This document shows positions 20,696 to 34,018 of a stretch of 64,000 nucleotides of DNA, piece after piece. The stretch comes from Macrostomum hystrix. Taxonomy: Eukaryota; Animalia; Platyhelminthes. How positions within the stretch are numbered: position 1 is the first letter of the stretch; each line of letters starts with the position of its first letter. Both the position numbers and the translations under genes were made by a program. The stretch covers positions 18,848,001-18,912,000 of the forward strand of contig CATNEN010000001.1 of the NCBI GenBank assembly GCA_950097015.1, given 5' to 3'. Under the pieces are notes generated by a model. The model had not been told where the DNA came from and made no database searches. It worked only from the letters and a program-made list of their open reading frames with translations.

Positions 20696-20780
20696 ACTCA
20701 GTACAGGCTAACACAGCAACACACAATCTGCCTTCAACAAGCCCATCTAAATACAACAGAAAAAGACAACATTCAAACAA

Positions 20781-23700
20781 ATGTCTAGCGAAGCTACCAC
20801 AACAACAGCTGCGGGCAGATCGCCTAGTCCCAGATTGAGTCCGCGAATTGTGGAAGGTAAGAATTACAGTTCTGCATGATCAGTGTGCAGTTCTTGATTC
20901 GTTTTGTTAATTCCCACAGTTTTCTGAATTTCGCAGTGTATCTCACCCTAGAATCTCACAGTGTGTATCTCACCCTAGAATCTCACAGTGTGTATCTCAA
21001 CCTAGAATCTCACAGTGTGTATCTCACCCTAGAATCTCACAGTGTGTATCTCACCCTAGAATCTCACAGTGTGTATCTCACCCTAGAATCTCACAGTGTG
21101 TATCTCACCCTAGAATCTCACAGTGTGTATCTCACCCTAGAATCTCACAGTGTGTATCTCACCCTAGAATCTCACAGTGTGTATCTCACCCTAGAATCTC
21201 ACAGTGTGTATCTCACCCTAGAATCTCACAGTGTGTATCTCACCCTAGAATCTCGCAGTGTGTATCTCACCCTAGAATCTCACAGTGTGTATCTCTCACC
21301 CTAGAATCTCACAGTGTGTATCTCACCCTAGAATATCACAGTGCGTATCTCACCCTAGAATCTCACAGTGTGTATCTCACCCTAGAATCTCACAGTGTGT
21401 ATCTCACCCTAGAATCTCACAGTGTGTATCTCACCCTAGAATCTCACAGTGTGTATCTCACCCTAGAATCTCACAGTGTGTATCTCACCCTAGAATCTCA
21501 CAGTGTGTATCTCACCCTAGAATCTCACAGTGTGTATCTCACCCTAGAATCTCGCAGTGTGTATCTCACCCTAGAATCTCACAGTGTGTATCTCACCCTA
21601 GAATCTCGCAGTGTGTATCTCACCCTAGAATCTCACAGTGTGTATCTCACCCTAGAATCTCACAGTGTGTATCTCACCCTAGAATCTCGCAGTGTGTATC
21701 TCACCCTAGAATCTCACAGTGTGTATCTCACCCTAGAATCTCGCAGTGTGTATCTCACCCTAGAATCTCACAGTGTGTATCTCACCCTAGAATCTCACCC
21801 TTTATCCGAACGCCCTTAATGCCCCTGCTTGACCTGGGTTAGCTGTTAACACGCATGCAATAGTTTTGTGTATATGCCCTCAGCAACTGCCAGTGGGCTG
21901 ACTAATATATGTGATTGTGCGTGTATTTCGGAGGGCAAGACTTTGACTAGTCGAAAATCCAGAAACCCTCGGTAAGCAAGCTTGAATACCAAATCTGGAC
22001 TGCTGCGTACATTGCGTATTAGAGAGATGAAAAAGTAGGTAGACAGCAGTCAGTTGGTCAGAGGGCAAGAGGGTTAGAGAGGAACCAGTGGGACAGATAT
22101 ATAAATAGACGAGCATTGTCGGTTTAGTTCCGAACTTAAGTTCGACTTTTTGTGCGACAAAAAACACTAAACAGAATTGTTAGATTTCTTGGAAATCTAT
22201 GGGTGAGTTGCTGAGCTAACTGTTTCTTGCGATCCACTGCGAAATTTATTTGATTAATAATTTAAGGAGCCGATAACCCTCCAGAGCTTTTGGGAGTGAA
22301 AACTGACCTACTGTAAAATTCTGGTGTCAGAAGACACCCCACTGAAGGATTCAGGGGTAGAAGACACCCCACTGAAGGATTCAGGGGTAGAAGACACCCC
22401 ACTGAAGGATTCAGGGGTAGAAGACACCCCACTGAAGGATTCAGGGGTAGAAGACACCCCACTGAAGGATTCAGGGGTAGAAGACACCCCACTGAAGGAT
22501 TCAGGGGTAGAAGACACCCCACTGAAGGATTCAGGGGTAGAAGACACCCCACTGAAGGATTCAGGGGTAGAAGACACCCCACTGAAGGATTCAGGGGTAG
22601 AAGACACCCCACTGAAGGATTCAGGGGGTAGAAGACACCTCACTCAAGGGGGTAGAAGACACCCCACTGAAGGATTCAGGGGTAGAAGACACCTCACTCA
22701 AGGGGGTAGAAGACACCCCACTGAAGGATTCAGGGGTAGAAGACACCTCACTCAAGGGGGTAGAAGACACCCCACTGAAGGATTCAGGGGTAGAAGGGTA
22801 GAAGACACCCCATTTATCTATTAGTAGGCTAGCTTCTACACAGCGGTTTGTTCAAAAAAACAGTTTAGTTAACTCGTTTAACCAGTCCAATGCTAGTTAG
22901 CATGCGACATATAATAAAGTTCTAATTGAACCCATATTAATTAGTTCGTTTTTCTATTTCTATTTGCGCAAATAAGTCTGTAGTCAAATGGACTGGTTTA
23001 GGCCAGCCTAGAATGGAAGAGCAGCTAGCGTGGTACACACACAGGTGGACGGCTTGGTTAGACTAGTAGTTATAAGATTTTGTTTGCTATTTTGCGAGCA
23101 TGTTTTAAACTGCTCACATATTCTAATATTTTCCTTTCTATATTTAAAAGTCTTATAATTAAAGACATCTCACAAACCCACCCCAAAAAATCACTCCTCG
23201 GATCACCCACCCCAATAAAATCACCCACCCCTATAAAATCACTCCTCGCATCACCCACACCTATAAAATCACTCCTCGCATCACCCACACCTATAAAATC
23301 ACTCCTCGCATCACCCACACCTATAAAATCACTCCTCGCATCACCCACCCCTATAAAATCACTCCTCGCATCACCCACCTCTATAAAATCACTCCTCGCA
23401 TCACTCACCCCAATAAAATCACCCACCCCAAAAAATCACACCTCGCATCACCCGCCCCAAAAAATCACTCCTCACATCACTCACCCCAATAAAATCACCC
23501 ACCCCAAAAAATCACACCTCGCATCACCCACCCCTATAAAATCACCCACCCCAAAAAATCACACTTCGCATCACCCACCCCTATAAAATCACTCCTCGCA
23601 TCACCCACCCCTATAAAATCACCCACCCCAAAAAATCACACCTCGCATCACCCGCCCCAATTAAAATCACACCTCGCATCACGGCCAACACCAAATCGCG

Positions 23701-26675
23701 CCACCCGCCGCAGAAATGCGCCGCGCCAGTCCAGTGTGGGACGAGGAGTTCGACAAGCTGACCCGCTCGATGCAGGAACGAATGGACGACTTTTTTCGCA
23801 CTCCGTCGCCCCTGGCTGCCGGAGCTGCTGGTGCCGACTTGCCATCGAATTTGAACAGGAAGGGAAAATTCGAACGACAGCCGGACGGCTCTATGCTCTA
23901 CCGAGTGACCTTCGATGTTCGCGAATACGAGGCCAACGATTTGAAAACTTCCCTAGTCAGCGACCGCACATTCAGGGTCTGCGGCAGTTCGAATCGGGTG
24001 GATCAGCGCACCGGCAAACAGTCCAGCGCCTCGTTTGACGAACAGTTCAGCTTGCCTGAGGGCGTGGATCCCAGTGGAATCCGGTCTGTGGTGGCCAATG
24101 GACAGCTCATCATCAGCGCTCCGGTGCTGCCACCGCAGTACGCTGCCAGCAGACCGCAGGTGCAGCAGCAGCAGCAGAGCAGGTACGTAAGCCGTGATCA
24201 TCAAATCATCTTATTTTATTATAAACCTCTGGTCTTCTGATTGTTGATTGGTCCTCTGATTGAAGGATTGGTCCTCTGGCTGAATGATTGGTCCTCTGAT
24301 TGAAGGACTGGTCCTCTGGTTGAAGGATTGGTCCTCTGATTGAAGGATTGGTCCTCTGGTTGAAGGATTGGTCCTCTGATTGAAGGATTGGTCCTCTGAT
24401 TGAAGGATTGGTCCTCTGATTGAAGGATTGGTCCTCTGATTGAAGGATTGGTCCTCTGATTGAAGGATTGGTCCTCTGATTGAAGGATTGGTCCTCTGAT
24501 TGAAGGATTGGTCCTCTGATTGAAGGATTGGTCCTCTGATTGAAGGATTGGTCCTCTGATTGAAGGACTGGTCCTCTGATTGAAGGACTGGTCCTCTGAT
24601 TGAAGTACTGGTCCTCTGATTGTTGATCGGTCCTCTGATTGAAGGATAGGTCCTCTGATTGAAGGATTGGTCCTCTGATTGAAGGATTGGTCCTCTGATT
24701 GAAGGATTGGTCCTCTGATTGAAGGACTGGTCCTCTGATTGTTGATTGGTCCTCTGATTGAAGGATTGGTCTTCTGATTGTTGATTGGTCCTCTGATTGA
24801 AGGATTGGTCCTCTGGCTGAATGATTGGTCCTCTGATTGAAGGACTGGTCCTCTGGTTGAAGGATTGGTCCTCTGATTGAAGGATTGGTCCTCTGGTTGA
24901 AGGATTGGTCCTCTGATTGAAGGATTGGTCCTCTGATTGAAGGATTGGTCCTCTGATTGAAGGATTGGTCCTCTGATTGAAGGATTGGTCCTCTGATTGA
25001 AGGATTGGTCCTCTGATTGAAGGATTGGTCCTCTGATTGAAGGATTGGTCCTCTGATTGAAGGATTGGTCCTCTGATTGAAGGATTGGTCCTCTGATTGA
25101 AGGACTGGTCCTCTGATTGAAGGACTGGTCCTCTGATTGAAGTACTGGTCCTCTGATTGTTGATCGGTCCTCTGATTGAAGGATAGGTCCTCTGATTGAA
25201 GGATTGGTCCTCTGATTGAAGGATTGGTCCTCTGATTGAAGGATTGGTCCTCTGATTGAAGGACTGGTCCTCTGATTGAAGGATTGGTCCTCTGATTGAA
25301 GGATTGGTCCTCTGATTGAAGGATTGGTCCTCTGATTGAAGGACTGGTCCTCTGGTTGAAGGATTGGTCCTCTGATTGAAGGACTGGTCCTCTGATTGAA
25401 GGATTGGTCCTCTGGTTGAAGGATTGGTCCTCTGATTGAAGGACTGGTCCTCTGATTGAAGGATTGGTCCTCTGATTGAAGGACTGGTCCTCTGATTGCA
25501 GGATTGGTCCTCTGATTGAAGGATTGGTCCTCTGATTGAAGGATTGGTCCTCTGATTGAAGGATTGGTCCTCTGATTGAAGGATTGGTCCTCTGATTGAA
25601 GGACTGGTCCTCTGATGGAAGGATTGGTCCTCTGATTGAAGGATTGGTCCTCTGATTGAAGGACTGGTCCTCTGATTGAAGGATTGGTCCTCTGATTGAA
25701 GGATTGGTCCTCTGATTGAAGGATTGGTCCTCTGATTGAAGGATTGGTCCTCTGATTGAAGGATTGGTCCTCTGATTGCAGGACTGGTCCTCTGATTGAA
25801 GGATTGGTCCTCTGATTGAAGGATTGGTCCTCTGATTGAAGGATTGGTCCTCTGATTGAAGGATTGGTCCTCTGATTGAAGGATTGGTCCTCTGATTGCA
25901 GGACTGGTCCTCTGATTGAAGGATTGGTCCTCTGGTTGAAGGATTGGTCCTCTGATTGAAGGACTGGTCCTCTGATTGAAGGATTGGTCCTCTGATTGAA
26001 GGATTGGTCCTCTGATTGAAGGATTGGTCCTCTGATTGAAGGATTGGTCCTCTGATTGAAGGACTGGTCCTCTGATGGAAGGATTGGTCCTCTGATTGAA
26101 GGATTGGTCCTCTGATGGAAGGATTGGTCCTCTGGTTGAAGGATTGGTCCTCTGATGGAAGGATTGGTCCTCTGATTGATTGCTTTTTACCGGCTCAAAA
26201 GTTTATTATCGCGAATATTTTAATCCGGGATAACGAATCGCAAATTATACCCAATCTTCACAGACTGTTTGCCGGCAGTCCTCGTTTGTCGCCAAGGTCA
26301 AATTCTCCCAGCGCGTTCTCCCAGCCTCTCGTGACATCCCAGCAGCAGCAGCAGCAGCAGCAGGCAAGCGGTGTTCGCACTGCCAGCGCCTTTCAACTGG
26401 AAGTTGACGTTGGTCGCGAGTTCGAGCCCGAAGACCTGACGGTGGCGACGGTGGACGGCGGCCGTCGCCTGACGGTGCACGGCAGACGCGAAGTCAAGTC
26501 GGCTGGCAAGACGTCGATGCGAGAATTCCGTGACGAATTCGACCTGCCGGCGAATGTCGACTCCAGGCTGGTGACGGCTCGGCTAAGAAACGACGGCCGG
26601 GTCATTGTTGACATGCCGTTGCTAAGGGAGACGGCCGGATTCACCTACGCGCCGGTGGTGGTGGATCACAAGTGA
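20781..26675 (+). CDS. Small heat-shock protein with two alpha-crystallin domains (p40/major egg antigen-like); exons 20781-20856, 23714-24182, 26264-26675
   Basis: ACD1: YRVTFDVREYEANDL...FSLPEGVDPSGIRSVVANGQLIISAP. ACD2: FQLEVDVGREFEPEDL...FDLPANVDSRLVTARLRNDGRVIVDMP. Introns are phase 1 and phase 2 and consistent. SPRLSPR occurs in both exon 1 and exon 3. Confidence 0.9.
20933..21799. repeat. 27-bp minisatellite (ctcaccctagaatctcacagtgtgtat) in sHSP intron 1
   Basis: Tandem copies visible directly. Confidence 0.97.
22329..22811. repeat. 30-bp minisatellite in sHSP intron 1
   Basis: Tandem agaagacaccccactgaaggattcaggggt. Confidence 0.97.
23175..23682. repeat. ~30-bp minisatellite abutting the sHSP exon 2 acceptor
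   Basis: Tandem ctataaaatcactcctcgcatcacccacac. Confidence 0.93.
24229..26178. repeat. 20-bp minisatellite (tgaaggattggtcctctgat) making up nearly all of sHSP intron 2
   Basis: About 1.95 kb of tandem copies. Confidence 0.98.
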
Positions 26676-27390
26676 TAAAAAATACTGAGTTTTGTTGAGC
26701 CCATTCCTTAGCTGGGACTCTGCCTTTATCGCGACCTCATCAGCGGAAAACTGAACAAACTTTTTGTGTACTTTAGCTGCCGCATCTCATTGTGGATTGT
26801 TCGTTAGATTCTAGCATTCAACAGCTGCTTTTTAAACCGTTTCTGTTCTGGCTATATTATTAGATTACCGTGGAAAAAATTAATTGAGTTGAAGTAGCCT
26901 AGCATAACTACTTCCTGTTAGTACTCGTAGTTTAGAGTGTTAATTAACACAATTTTTGTTACTGCGACCCTAAAACACTTTTATCACTGAAAAAAATCGT
27001 TATTAATTCATATCGTTCATATTTACTACATGTAGTATTAGTATGTTCTTTGCATTCTCGGACAGCAAGGCAATTCTTTGTCTAAAATATACAAGTATAT
27101 TCTTTTTCGTTAAAGTAGAACCTTTCAATAAGTAGAGTGGGTGGATTCATATTGTTCATCAATTTGGCCAGCCGTAGTTAATATGTATTCCAAGGTCATA
27201 ATTAGTGTATTTAAAAGCAAGCTGAGTAAAAAGCAAAGAAAGTGCAAGAATTTAGTGACACAATAATAATAATCAAGAAAGTAAAAGTAAAGATTGCTTT
27301 GAAACTTGAAAATTAAAGCAAGCGTTTATTAAAGTAAAAGCAACATCGAAACTCTAAGCCATGGACTAGTTAAAAAGAATATAATTATAT

Positions 27391-28628
27391 GAAATTCGGC
27401 GACTCTATGGAACTCGGCGACTCTATGGAATTCGGCGACTCTACGGAATTCGGCGACTCTATGGAATTCGGCGACTCTATGGAATTCGGCGACTCTATGC
27501 AATTCGGCGACTCTATGGAATCCGGCGACTCTATGCAATTCGGCGACTCTATGGAATCCGGCGACTCTATGCAATTCGGCGACTCTATGGAATCCGGCGA
27601 CTCTATGGAACTCGGCGACTCTATGGAACTCGGCGACTCTATGGAATCCGGCGACTCTATGGAATCCGGCGACTCTATGGAACTCGGCGACTCTATGGAA
27701 CTCGGCGACTCTATGGAATCCGGCGACTCTATGCAATTCGGCGACTCTATGGAACTCGGCGACTCTATGGAACTCGGCGACTCTATGGAATCCGGCGACT
27801 CTATGGAATTCGGCGACTCTATGGAACTCGGCGACTCTATGGAACTCGGCGACTCTATGCAATTCGGCGACTCTATGGAATCCGGCGACTCTATGGAATC
27901 CGGCGACTCTATGGAATTCGGCGACTCTATGGAACTCGGCGACTCTATGGAATCCGGCGACTCTATGCAATTCGGCGACTCTATGGAACTCGGCGACTCT
28001 ATGGAACTCGGCGACTCTATGCAATTCGGCGACTCTATGGAATCCGGCGACTCTATGGAATCCGGCGACTCTATGGAACTCGGCGACTCTATGCAATTCG
28101 GCGACTCTATGGAATCCGGCGACTCTATGGAATCCGGCGACTCTATGGAATTCGGCGACTCTATGGAACTCGGCGACTCTATGGAACTCGGCGACTCTAT
28201 GCAATTCGGCGACTCTATGCAATTCGGCGACTCTATGGAATCCGGCGACTCTATGGAATCCGGCGACTCTATGGAATTCGGCGACTCTATGGAATTCGGC
28301 GACTCTATGGAATCCGGCGACTCTATGGAATTCGGCGACTCTATGCAATTCGGCGACTCTATGGAATTCGGCGACTCTATGGAATTCGGCGACTCTATGG
28401 AATCCGGCGACTCTATGGAATCCGGCGACTCTATGCAATTCGGCGACTCTATGGAATCCGGCGACTCTATGGAATCCGGCGACTCTATGGAACTCGGCGA
28501 CTCTATGGAATTCGGCGACTCTATGGAACTCGGCGACTCTGTGGAACTCGGCGACTCTATGGAACTCGGCGACTCTATGGAACTCGGCGACTCTATGGAA
28601 TTCAGTGAACCGATGGAATTCAGTGACA
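27391..28628. repeat. 18-bp minisatellite (ggcgactctatggaattc) just past the stop of the TRPV-like gene
   Basis: Tandem copies visible directly. Confidence 0.98.
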
Positions 28629-28662
28629 TGTTGGTCTCCAGTTTCTGTCGAAGCCGAAGCTC

Positions 28663-31600
28663 CTAATCAACATCCTGAACAGTCAGGTCGGTGCTAGCGG
28701 ATCCCAGTTCCTCGCAGCCAGTCCGGTCCTCATCTTCTGACTCACTCGAGTCGAATTCCTCAGCGACAATTGGGCAGCACAGCACAATATTCACATTGGG
28801 ATATGTTCCCAAACACCGGCGGAGCGGTGCCATGGCGAACTCACTCAGTGAGCCGATCAATATGAGGTGGACAGCCTTGTGCTCAACGTAGCAGTCCCGC
28901 ACGCTTGCTAGCAGCATCGACTGCAGAGCGGTGGCGAAGTTCATGAAGAACACGGGCAGGGCGATGACGAAGAAAATGTGAATCTGCAGGCGGTTCAGAA
29001 TCGCCAGGTCGTTGGCACGGGAATCGGCCAGCTTCTGGGTGCGATCCGTCATTGTGTTGATTGACAGCAGGAAGGCCTGGTAGATCTGGATTGCGGATTG
29101 GAGCGAATTGGTCTCTGGTGACTTTTGATCTCGGGGGGTCAGTTGACCCCTCGCTTTGGCCCTCGTTGACCCCCTTGAAATCTTATAGACTTGTGGAGGG
29201 GTCAATTGACGCTTATTGAAACATTTGATAACTTCTGATTTCAGGTAGCTAGTGAGTTGACCCCCATAGCTCAACGTGGCATATTCCAATCGTTAAGGGA
29301 GGGGGTCAGTTGACCCTCCTTGACCTCCCTTTGACATCTTCTGATCTCTCGAAGGTCATTTGACCCCGTTTTTTGACAAAAATTCTCTCGGTTCATCGTA
29401 AAGGACGGAAACATATTTGATCAATAATGGTGGACTTTCACTAAAGATCTGTCATTCGGTTTGGGAGCTATTGAAGGATTCTACTGTTAAGGGCCGCAGC
29501 AGCAACAACAAACCTGCATAAGATTCGAACCCATGGCTGTCTCAGTAGTCAGTTCAGCGGCCCGGCTGCCATTGACAACAGCAGGAGCTGCGGCAGCGTC
29601 AGCAGCAGCGGCTGCCACGACGGCTCTGGCAACCTCTGGAGCCAGCAGCCTGCCGAACAGGTACAACAGCAGGCTGTAGCCAACTGCGAATGGTACGAAG
29701 GCCTTGATGCAGTGGACGAGGCAGAAGGAGAATCTTGACACCGAGTCCCAGATGGCAGTTCGAAGCTGGCAGAGGGTCACGTAGGTGGCCGTTATCAGCA
29801 GGTTCAACTGGGCGGTGGCAGCCACGGCGTGCGCCGTCGATACGGCGTCGCTGGTCTCGTATGGCGACGCCACTAGTACGACGATGAGGATCGAGGAGCT
29901 GAAGCAGCAGAGGAGGCAGCAGATCGAATAGCTCAGCATCTCCGACTGGCCAGCCCGGGGTTGCTTGGGGTGGCCGGAGGCGCGAAGGTGGCGCTCCCGA
30001 CAGAATATGAACGACAGAATCATCAGGCCCTGGAGGACAGGTGAACAAAGTGACAGGTGAATAGATTGACAGGTGAATAGAGTGACAGGTGAATAGAGTG
30101 ACAGGTGAATAGAGTGACAGGTGAATAGAGTGACAGGTGAATAGAGTGACAGGTGAATTGAGTGACAGGTGAATAGAGTGACAGGTGAATAGAGTGACAG
30201 GTGAATAGAGTGACAGGTAAACAGAGTGACAGGTGAATTGAGTGACAGGTGAATAGAGTGACAGGTGAATAGATTGACAGGTGAATAGATTGACAGGTGA
30301 ATTGAGTGACAGGTGAATAGAGTGACAGGTGAATAGAGTGACAGGTGAATAGAGTGACAGGTGAATAGAGTGACAGGTGAATAGAGTGACAGGTGAATAG
30401 AGTGACAGGTGAATAGATTGACAGGTGAATAGATTGACAGGTGAATTGAGTGACAGGTGAATAGATTGACAGGTGAATAGAGTGACAGGTGAATAGAGTG
30501 ACAGGTGAATAGAGTGACAGGTGAATAGAGTGACAGGTGAATAGAGTGACAGGTGAATAGAGTGACAGGTGAATAGAGTGACAGGTGAATAGAGTGACAG
30601 GTGGAGAAGTGCGGAGCACACCTGGTAGCCGCAGGCCACAGCCACAAAGCTGAGCAGCAGGCAGTGGGGCCTGACAGTGTCCCCGGCTCTCCTGCTTGCC
30701 GGGTCGATGAGCAGTGTGACGGGAGTGAGAATGCTCAGCAGGCCGACAACCAGTGCAGAGTAGAAGAACAAGTTGATCGTCAGCAATAAGACCAGCAGCG
30801 GTCCCGTCTGCCGGTTCAGCTGGCGCAGCCACTCCGAGAACAGGCCAGATCGGCTAGATGGAGCCGACATGTAGCGAAAATTTTTTAAACAACTGCAGCA
30901 CAATATTAGTTTTTTTCCTCCTCTTTAATCTGCCACCCATCCTCTTCCATCCGCCTCCCTTCCTCTCCAATTTACCTCTAGAGTCCTCTACCCTCTAGCA
31001 CTGTCCTCTTCCCTCTAGCACCATCTTCTTCCCTTTAGCACCATCCTCTTTCCTGTAGCACCACCCTCTTCCCTCTAGCACCATCCTCTTCCCTCTAGCA
31101 CCATCCTCTTCCCTCTAGCACTGTCCTCTTCCCTCTAGCACCATCCTCTTCCCTCTAGCACCATCCTCTTCCCTCTAGCACTGTCCTCTTCCCTCTAGCA
31201 CCATCCTCTTCCCTCTAGCACCATCCTCTTCCCTCTAGCACCATCCTCTTCCCTCTAGCACCATCCTCTTCCCTCTAGCACCATCCTCTTCCCTCTAGCA
31301 CCATCCTCTTCCCTCTAGCACCATCCTCTTCCCTCTAGCACCATCCTCTTCCCTCTAGCACCATCCTCTTCCCTCTAGCACTGTACTCTTACATATTATA
31401 GCACAGTCCTCTACCCTCTAGCAACATCTTCTTCCCTCTAGCACCCTCCTCTCCACTCAACCCCCAGCTCACCGAAACACTCCCTCGGCCCGCAGCTGCT
31501 CGAAGCTGCTGGGGCAGTACCTGTCCATGACAAGCAGCAGGAGGTTCTTGTAGAACCTGCTTCTACCAGGGCCGGAGCGCCGGCAGCAGCCCTCAGTCAG

Positions 31601-32270
31601 GTAGTCAGCCAGCGACAGCACCCGGTGCTGGCAGCTCTGCAGTGCGCCGCCGTCTGACTCGAAACGACCGCCCGCGCTCCAGTAGCTGGTCATGAGGCTC
31701 TCGGCCATAGACAGTAGGCCCAGGTGCGTGGCGAGCTCGGCTGGCAGCAGGCCATAGACATTCTCCATCCGCATCATGTCAGCCAGCTGACTGGCGGAAA
31801 GCAGCCGCCTTCTCGCCAGGCTGCTGACAAGTTTGAGTCGATTTCGGCAGCGCTCGGCGTTGGACTCACCGCCCCAGGCGGCGCCGAGCACAGCGGCGTG
31901 CAGGACGTTGGTTCGAGTCGCTGGTTCAACCACGGTCAGCAGTGAAGGCCACTGACTCCAGGCTGGCGAGCTGAGAACCCGGCTGGAGCCGTGGAACACC
32001 GCCATGAGGATAGGATTCGTGGGACTTGAGTGCTGCTGCTGCCGCTGCTCAGTTTGAGTCTGGCAGCTCAGCAGAAACTTGCGCCATCGATCCGGTCCCA
32101 GTCGACGACTGAACCGCTCAGACCAGCCCGGTGAGTCACGGGCCAGGCTCCGCACGAACTGCCAGTGCAGCTGCTGCTGCTGCTGCTCCTGCTGCTGTAC
32201 AGTAGAGCCCGAGTGCTCAGAGTAGTAGAATGACCAATAATCCCATTGGCAGTGCTTGGCGACTTCTGTT
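28663..32270 (-). CDS. Divergent TRPV-like cation channel; exons ~32270-31473, 30892-30622, 30029-29514, 29085-28663 (5' exons uncertain, probably near 33214 and 38629)
   Basis: Ankyrin-like repeats (TNVLHAAVLG; NVYGLLPAELATHLGLLSMAESLM), several hydrophobic TM segments, a pore-helix-like IYQAFLLSINTM and an S6-like HIFFVIALPVFFMNFATALQS. The three internal introns are GT-AG and phase-consistent. Confidence 0.65.
30036..30603. repeat. 16-bp minisatellite (gtgacaggtgaataga) filling a TRPV-like intron
   Basis: Tandem copies run from a few bases off the acceptor to about 18 nt from the donor. Confidence 0.97.
30970..31455. repeat. 20-bp minisatellite (ccatcctcttccctctagca) in a TRPV-like intron
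   Basis: Tandem copies visible directly. Confidence 0.96.
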
Positions 32271-32329
32271 CTCGTTTGGCAAGTGAATTGTGGACACCAT
32301 TGAGGAAGGAATTGTTGGGAAGAAATAAG

Positions 32330-33145
32330 GAGATCGGGAATGGGATAAGTATGAATAGGGAGAATAGGATGGTAGGAATGAGGAAGAGGATTGGAAGAAT
32401 GGGGAAGATGATGGGGAAGAATGGGGAAGAGGATGGGAAGAATGAGGAAAAGGATGCGAAAGGATGAGGAAAAGGATGGAAAGAATGGGGAAGAGGATGG
32501 GAAGGATGAGGAAGAGGATGGGAAGGATGAGGAAATGGATGGGGAAGAATGGGGAAATGGATGGGGAAGAATGGGGAAATGGATGGGGAAGAATGAGGAA
32601 ATGGATGGGGAAGGATGAGGAAGAGGATGGGAAGAATGAGGAAAGGGATAGGAAGGATGAGGAAGAGGATGGGAAGAATGGGGAAAAGGATGGGAAGAAT
32701 GAGGAAATGGATGGGGAAGAATGGGGAAATGGATGGGGAAGAATGGGGAAATGGATGGGGAAGAATGGGGAAATGGATGGGGAAGAATGGGGAAATGGAT
32801 GGGGAAGGATGAGGAAGAGGATGGGAAGAATGAGGAAAGGATAGGAAGGATGAGGAAGAGGATGGGAAGAATGGGGAAAAGGATGGGAAGAATGAGGAAA
32901 AGGATGGGAAGAATGAGGAAATGGATGGGGAAGAATGGGGAAATGGATGGGGAAGAATGGGGAAATGGATGGGGAAGAATGGGGAAATGGATGGGGAAGA
33001 ATGGGGAAATGGATGGGGAAGGATGAGGAAGAGGATGGGAAGAATGAGGAAAGGGATAGGAAGGATGAGGAAGAGGATGGGAAGAATGGGGAAAAGGATG
33101 GGAAGAATGAGGAAATGGATGGGGAAGAATGGGGGAAGAGTGGTG
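32330..33145. repeat. Mosaic purine-rich minisatellite (ggatggggaagaatggggaaat and variants)
   Basis: Tandem copies visible directly. Confidence 0.93.
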
Positions 33146-34018
33146 AGGAGAGTTTGTTACTCGCACATCACACGAGAATGTCATACCAGCGGCTGTCTTT
33201 GTAGGAGCCTCCATCTGGTGTTAATTTTTTCACGCAAAGAATTAGATAAGATACAAAATGTCCGACATGTCCCATCAGATAATACTCATCCTTATATAAA
33301 GATATTGCATGCCTACCAAAGTAGCTGAGAATGCATCAGTTGAGCACTGGAATCGCACTGTGCTGTGCATGTTTGCATAGATAAGTGCCTTTCCGTGTCT
33401 TATTTGTTTGTCGCCACGGCATGGTCCATTCAAATCCTACTCAAAGCCACTCACTCATTTTCTTATTGAGTAGCAGTTGAGTAGTAAGCGTTAGAGGAAC
33501 TCAAACAGCTGCAGGTTGGCATGGCTTCAGACTAAAACAAAAATCTATATTCTTTATTCTCAATGAATAAACAAAAACTGCTTAGAATTCGAAATAAGAA
33601 TTGATTTTTACAACTAGCCGATATGTTTCGAAAAAGCGAGTATCTTCTAGATAATTTACTTTCTGTGTGAGACTAGTCTGGGTTTGAGAAGGCTTAGAAT
33701 TTTTTGCTTTTGAAGTTGACGCAACATTCATATCGAAAGCTACATTTTTATTCGACCTTATTAAGCATTTACATAAAATTGAAAAAATGTCACAAAAATG
33801 CGCATGCTGCACTACTGATCGAGTAGGTAGGACGAAAAAATAAATAGCTACGAAAACTGAAAAACCTTGCGTTGATACTTTCCAGGAACTGACGGTACAA
33901 AATTAGTTCTTTTATTTTTTTTCAAATCAGCAACGAACAAAAAATAGAAATTAATAATGAAAACTTAAAAAATAATATATCCCAAAGCTGTGAACTTTTT
34001 GCAAATTTACAAAAAAAA

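Noticed and set aside
27329-28666. 369-425 aa ORFs on both strands (MEFGDS, IESPSS and HRVAEF repeats)
   Set aside because: These are translations of an 18-bp minisatellite that lacks stops in several frames, with no unique coding context.
31469-33214. 581-aa single-exon ORF
   Set aside because: Its N-terminal half (PHPFPHSS repeats) is an intronic minisatellite read through by chance; only about 32270-31473 looks coding.
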